Shown: piece by piece, positions 59,691 through 64,000 of the stretch
Position numbering within the stretch: the first letter of the stretch is position 1
Layout: every line of letters begins with the position of its first letter
Origin: an uncultured Bacilli bacterium
Lineage (GTDB): Bacteria; Bacillota_I; Bacilli_A; RF39; UBA660
Length of the DNA stretch: 64,000 bases
Direction: 5' to 3'
Assembly: GCA_963931515.1 (NCBI GenBank)
Contig: OZ007022.1
Span: 882,122 to 946,121, forward strand
Notes under the pieces: model-generated
Databases searched by the model: none
What the model was told of the DNA's origin: nothing
The model's input: only the letters and a program-made list of their open reading frames with translations
Position numbers and translations under genes: made by a program

Positions 59691-60628
59691 TGCGAGAATA
59701 TAATACCATATTTGATGAATTTATTCAATTTAAACATTTTTTAGGATATAAATATAAAACTGATGAAATAGTTATTAATGAAATAAAAAATTATCTAATA
59801 GAACATAATATTACTAAAATAACTAAAGAAGTTACCGAAGATTATGCGGGGTTAAATACTAATATATCATCTAATACAATAGCCAGAAATATGGGAGTAT
59901 TTAGAGAATTTTGTAATTTTTTAAAATATCAAAAAGATATAGATTGTTATCAAATACCAAACAAAATATATCCACAAAACCATAATAACTTTATTCCTTA
60001 TATATTTTCATATGAAGAAATTAAGTTGATTTATTCTAACTTAAACGAACCACTAAAAGATTATCATTATAGTTACTATAAACAAAAAGCTTATCCTTTA
60101 ATTATTAAAATACTTTATCAAACTGGTATGCGAATCGGAGAACTGTTAAATATTAAGCTTGAAGATTATAATTATGAATTATCTGCGTTTAAACTTACGG
60201 ATACTAAAAATAATGAAGAAAGATATGTGGCTATTTCTGATAAATTAAATGAAGAAATAAATAAATTTGTAACTAAATTTTTCTATAATAAATCAAATGA
60301 TGAATATATTTTTAAAATACACGGAGATTCAGCTACAAAATATTTTAAAAAAGTATTAATGTTATCTAATATTAAAATAACTGATAAAGGGCCTAGACTA
60401 CATGATTTAAGGCATACTTACCTTGTTCATAATATTGATAAAGCTATTAAAGAAAATAGAGATGTAAATCAAATATTACCTATACTAAAAACTCAGATTG
60501 GACATAAAAGTTTAAATTCTATTGCTTATTATTTTCATATTAATAAAGATATATTAGGAACAGTTAATGAAATATCAGAGAACGAACTAGGTTATCTAAT
60601 ACCAAGTATAGGTGAAGATAATGAATAA
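59690..60628 (+). CDS. Tyrosine recombinase, RIT subunit B-like (312 aa)
   Basis: LHDLRHTYLVHNI ... GHKSLNSIAYYFHI; start overlaps the previous stop (ATGA). Confidence 0.75.
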   Translation: MREYNTIFDEFIQFKHFLGYKYKTDEIVINEIKNYLIEHNITKITKEVTEDYAGLNTNISSNTIARNMGVFREFCNFLKYQKDIDCYQIPNKIYPQNHNNFIPYIFSYEEIKLIYSNLNEPLKDYHYSYYKQKAYPLIIKILYQTGMRIGELLNIKLEDYNYELSAFKLTDTKNNEERYVAISDKLNEEINKFVTKFFYNKSNDEYIFKIHGDSATKYFKKVLMLSNIKITDKGPRLHDLRHTYLVHNIDKAIKENRDVNQILPILKTQIGHKSLNSIAYYFHINKDILGTVNEISENELGYLIPSIGEDNE

Positions 60629-61580
60629 AGATTTTTCATATTACTTATCAAAGTTTTTAAAAGACTACTTAATTATAGAAAGAAATATGTCATTACATAC
60701 TGTTCGTTCCTATAAAAAGACATTTCAAACACTTATAGATTATTTAGTAAACATTAAAAATTTTAAGTTACAAAATATCACATTTGAAAATATAGCTAGA
60801 GAAATAATTATAGAGTTTTTAAATTACCTAGAAGATGATAAAAAAAACAGTATTAGAACAAGGAATCAGAGGCTAGCCTGTATAAAATCATTTTATCAGT
60901 ACTGTATGATAGATGAAATAGATAATATTGATAACATCAGAAAAATATTGAGTATTAAAGCAAAAAAAGAAACTAAGAAAGTAATGAGTTATCTTACAGA
61001 AGATGAATTACAAAAATTATTTAATAGTATAGATACAACAACAAATAAAGGTAGAAGGAACTTAACCTTACTCACACTTTTATATGATACAGCAGCTAGA
61101 ACCAGTGAAATTATTAATCTTAAAGTAGAAAATATACATTTAGAAGAAAAATATATAATATTAACTGGAAAAGGTAATAAACAAAGAATAGTATCTATGA
61201 TGGAACAAACAAAAAAATTATTAATTAATTATATTAAAGAAAATCATATAAAAAGTGGCTATTTATTTAATATTAATGGCAACAAAATGAACGAAAGATT
61301 TTTAAGAGATATTGTAAAAGTAACAAATTCATTAGACAAACAAATATCACCACATACATTTAGACATACAAGAGCTGTCCATTTACTCGATAAAGGAGTT
61401 AATATAATATATATTCAGGAATTACTTGGACACACATCAGTTAATACAACGATGGAATATGCGAAAGTAATAGAAAAGTCAAAATTTGAAGCCATTGAAA
61501 AAGCAAATCCTAAGATGGATAATAATTTGCCTGATTGGAATGATGATAAAGATTTACTTAGCCAACTATTGAACTTGTAA
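60612..61580 (+). CDS. Tyrosine recombinase, RIT subunit C-like (322 aa)
   Basis: XerC/D-like N-terminal core-binding region and HTFRHTRAVHLL ... GHTSVNTTMEYAK. Confidence 0.75.
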   Translation: MKIMNKDFSYYLSKFLKDYLIIERNMSLHTVRSYKKTFQTLIDYLVNIKNFKLQNITFENIAREIIIEFLNYLEDDKKNSIRTRNQRLACIKSFYQYCMIDEIDNIDNIRKILSIKAKKETKKVMSYLTEDELQKLFNSIDTTTNKGRRNLTLLTLLYDTAARTSEIINLKVENIHLEEKYIILTGKGNKQRIVSMMEQTKKLLINYIKENHIKSGYLFNINGNKMNERFLRDIVKVTNSLDKQISPHTFRHTRAVHLLDKGVNIIYIQELLGHTSVNTTMEYAKVIEKSKFEAIEKANPKMDNNLPDWNDDKDLLSQLLNL

Positions 61581-61670
61581 TTGTTATCGGAGAAAAGTCA
61601 AAAAGAAACCCTTTAATCATAAGGATTTCTTTCATTTTCTCCGATAACTAAAAATCTACGATAATGTGTA
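61581..61670. repeat. RIT right terminal inverted repeat
   Basis: Inverted copy of 58335-58424; its outer 15 bp supply the last four codons and stop of the flanking gene. Confidence 0.8.
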
Positions 61671-62579
61671 AGGGTCTGACTCAGTTCCGGTTCCTGATAA
61701 TTTTAGGTCTGAGGAAAGATAGAGAACAGGAAGAATATTATTTGAAACTCTTGGAAGAGTATCATAATAAGAGCCTGTAATTGGTCCACAATATACATAA
61801 TTACTCATATTTTGAGATTTTGTCAAGGTCCACCAATATTCGTCGCTTTGGCTTACATCTAACCAACTAGTAGATTCACATGTATGATTAAAAACCGAAT
61901 TATCATAATACAAATCATATGTACCACATTCTTCTATATTAGAATTAATTCTTATATATTCACTTAATGTTGCTAAAGCAATTTCCCCATTCCATGTTGT
62001 ATTATTTTCATCATTTATTTGGTCGGCTAAATCATTATTGTTTTCGTTTAATCCTCCTATGCTAAAGTCGTGAGCAACAATTTGATTTTGAGCTGTTGAT
62101 GTTAAACTATTATAATATGTGTTGTTTAAATAAGTGTTCAAATCTGCTGGACGATTCCAATTGGTTGAATTTGAACTATCCCATGCCATACCTCCTATAC
62201 TTTCATTCCTTATTATCTTTATGCTTCCATCACATTCTACTGATATAATTCTCCAGCCGGCTTGTTCATTATTAAATGTTATATAGTTATTTGGGTTTTG
62301 CCCAGTAAAGAAATATCTACATTCATATGGATCTTTTTCTAAATCTACTTTTTCAAGCATTTGCTCTCCTGTTGTTGGTTCCTTTGTACATTCTGTATAA
62401 AGTTCATCTATTGCTTCTTGAACATTATTTGATTCTAAGCCACTTTCAGTATTACTATAAAACACTTCATTACTTGGGAATGTTATAGCAGCATATACGG
62501 CTACTCCACTTATTAAAAGTCCTCCTATGATAAAAGCGATTAAATTTGTTTTTAAATATCTCTTTATATTTTGTTTCAT
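61656..62579 (-). CDS. Secreted/membrane-anchored Cys-containing protein, paralogue B (307 aa); last codons supplied by the RIT repeat
   Basis: Same conserved blocks as paralogue A; ends ...DPYTLS* where the final codons lie in the RIT repeat; the displaced native end (YTIE*, plus terminator) sits at 58262-58314. Confidence 0.55.
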   Translation of the reverse strand: MKQNIKRYLKTNLIAFIIGGLLISGVAVYAAITFPSNEVFYSNTESGLESNNVQEAIDELYTECTKEPTTGEQMLEKVDLEKDPYECRYFFTGQNPNNYITFNNEQAGWRIISVECDGSIKIIRNESIGGMAWDSSNSTNWNRPADLNTYLNNTYYNSLTSTAQNQIVAHDFSIGGLNENNNDLADQINDENNTTWNGEIALATLSEYIRINSNIEECGTYDLYYDNSVFNHTCESTSWLDVSQSDEYWWTLTKSQNMSNYVYCGPITGSYYDTLPRVSNNILPVLYLSSDLKLSGTGTESDPYTLS

Positions 62580-62740
62580 ATTTTTCTCCCTTTTTATATA
62601 CTTAAACTACTTATTCTCTTGGAAATTATATTATTGTTCGTTGCTTTTATCGGTCGTATTGACCTACTTATAATAAGTATAAATCATTTTGGGGTATACT
62701 GTCAATAATGATTTTAAAAAAATATTAAGTAGGTGAACCG

Positions 62741-62956
62741 ATGAAGATAAATGCTTTAGATTACGATTCAAAAGAACTTTTTAAGATAATTAGAGAATGG
62801 TCTGAACTTACTCAAGAGGAGTTTGCGAAGAAGATTAATGTTTCTAAGGGAACTGTTCAAAATTATGAGCAAGGAAAAAGAAATTATACTTTTAAAAGTT
62901 TAATGGAAATATGTAAGAAGAGTAATATTAATATAATTTTTGAAAAGAAAAAATAA
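62741..62956 (+). CDS. XRE-family HTH transcriptional regulator (71 aa)
   Basis: HTH (WSELTQEEFAKKINVSKGTVQNYEQG); divergent from paralogue B. Confidence 0.6.
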   Translation: MKINALDYDSKELFKIIREWSELTQEEFAKKINVSKGTVQNYEQGKRNYTFKSLMEICKKSNINIIFEKKK

Positions 62957-63006
62957 AGCTGATTTGACTTTATTTTTTTGTAAGAAAAAAAGTATCTACT
63001 CGATAC

Positions 63007-63876
63007 TTATTTCATTTGTTTAGCAACTTCTTCGGCAAAGTTTTCTTCTCTTTTTTCCATACCCTCGCCTACTTCATATCTATACATAGCAACGATTTTA
63101 CCACCGTTATTTTTAGCATATGTTTTAACGTTGATATCACTATCTTTAACGAATGGTTGCTCTTCTAGGCAAATTTCTTTATAGAATTTATTAAGTCTAC
63201 CTTGAACCATTTTTTCAGCTATTTCAGCAGGTTTTCCTTCATTCATAGCTTGTTCTTTTAAGACTGTTTTTTCTCTTTCTAAAACGTCTACTGGAACGTC
63301 AGCTTCACTTACATAACTTGGACGCATAGCGGCAGCATGCATAGCGATATCTTTGGCAACTGTACTATCAGTTCCTTCTGTAACAATTAATACGGCAATT
63401 TTACCACCCATGTGGATGTATTCACCAAATGTTTCATTATCATTTTTAGTTACTTTAGCAAATCTTCTTAATGATAATTTTTCACCAATTTTGGCTGTTT
63501 TAGAAACAATAAAGTCATTAATTGTTCCACCATCATATGGTAAGTTTAATGCTTCTTCTAAAGTTTTTGCATCACTATTTATAATGGTTTTTAAAGTTTC
63601 ACTTACTAATTCTTGGAATTCTGCATTTTTAGCTACGAAGTCTGTTTCAGAGTTCATTTCTAATATTACAGCATTATTTCCTTCAGTTAAAATAGCAGCG
63701 ATACCTTCAGCAGCAATTCTATCAGCTTTTTTAGCAGCTTTAGAAATACCTTTTTCTCTTAACCAATCAATAGCTTCATCAATACTACCGTTTGTAGCTT
63801 CTAATGCTTTTTTGCAGTCAAGCATTCCAGCTCCAGTTTTCTCTCTTAGTTCTTTTACTAAACTTGCACTAATCAT
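63007..63876 (-). CDS. tsf: Elongation factor Ts
   Basis: MISASLVKELREKTGAGMLDCKKALEATNGSIDEAIDWLREKG; RBS AGGAGG 6 nt upstream of ATG at 63874-63876. Confidence 0.85.
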   Translation of the reverse strand: MISASLVKELREKTGAGMLDCKKALEATNGSIDEAIDWLREKGISKAAKKADRIAAEGIAAILTEGNNAVILEMNSETDFVAKNAEFQELVSETLKTIINSDAKTLEEALNLPYDGGTINDFIVSKTAKIGEKLSLRRFAKVTKNDNETFGEYIHMGGKIAVLIVTEGTDSTVAKDIAMHAAAMRPSYVSEADVPVDVLEREKTVLKEQAMNEGKPAEIAEKMVQGRLNKFYKEICLEEQPFVKDSDINVKTYAKNNGGKIVAMYRYEVGEGMEKREENFAEEVAKQMK

Positions 63877-63930
63877 ATATTTCCTCCTTTTTTTATTTAA
63901 AAAAGATGACACTAGGTCATCTTAATTTAC

Positions 63931-64000
63931 TATTTTAAAGCATCAATTAATTCAGCTTTTTTCATTGTAGAATATCCTTTGATTTCTTTAGCTTTAGCTA
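63931..64000 (-). CDS. 3' end of an unidentified gene upstream of tsf (partial)
   Basis: Minus-strand frame ends ...AKAKEIKGYSTMKKAELIDALK*; synteny would suggest rpsB but the tail does not confirm it. Confidence 0.3.

Larger units (their letters stand above)
58315..61664 (+). mobile_element. Recombinase-in-trio (RIT) element: three tandem tyrosine recombinases between long terminal inverted repeats
   Basis: Three adjacent/overlapping recombinase genes; about 90-bp near-perfect inverted repeats at both ends; TGTGTA at both outer junctions; left junction ambiguous between 58314 and 58335. Confidence 0.7.

Noticed and set aside
62666-62678. Palindrome ACTTATAATAAGT as a dedicated operator for the second XRE regulator
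   Set aside because: It contains a TATAAT hexamer and may simply be the -10 element of the divergent promoter; it differs from the palindrome at the paralogous locus, so it is mentioned only inside the paralogue finding.
1-64000. CRISPR arrays, rRNA genes, prophage structural modules
   Set aside because: No run of regularly spaced direct repeats with unique spacers, no rRNA-like conserved stretches, and no capsid, terminase or tail gene signatures were seen.
63931-64000. Calling the partial gene upstream of tsf as rpsB
   Set aside because: Synteny suggests it, but the 22 visible C-terminal residues (...KGYSTMKKAELIDALK) do not confirm the family, so the name was withheld.

Overview
This is an AT-rich chromosomal window from a low-GC, cell-wall-bearing Bacillota-type bacterium using the standard genetic code; organism identity is not established. 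All calls rest on reading the sequence and the supplied ORF track, with protein families assigned by recalled motifs, not by database search. The backbone is housekeeping: rarA (partial), a thioredoxin/CcdA pair, a LexA-box-preceded Y-family polymerase operon, several ABC transporters, exoA, murE, a sigH-rlmB-mrnC-rbgA block, lepB, rplS-trmD-rimM, ftsW-mraY-pbp, mutL, a cysteine desulfurase, desulfoferrodoxin, rseP-cdsA-uppS and tsf, plus three tRNAs (Gly-UCC, Thr-CGU, Leu-GAG). There is no rRNA and no CRISPR array. The accessory content is dense: an IS3 element with an A7G frameshift site; a tnpB-only IS200/IS605-type element whose right end forms two hairpins; a second, tnpB-less copy of that right end carrying compensatory base changes, lying beside an IS91-family transposase and a small zinc-ribbon ORF; a recombinase-in-trio (RIT) element with about 90-bp terminal inverted repeats inserted into the last codons of a secreted-protein gene; an Rpn-family gene bracketed by a repeated 14-bp motif; and a frameshifted dinD bounded by 49-bp direct repeats. 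The strongest candidate for something new is the orphan omega-RNA-like module and its composite with the IS91 element. I cannot support a complete, defined novel system (for example a defence operon) from sequence alone.
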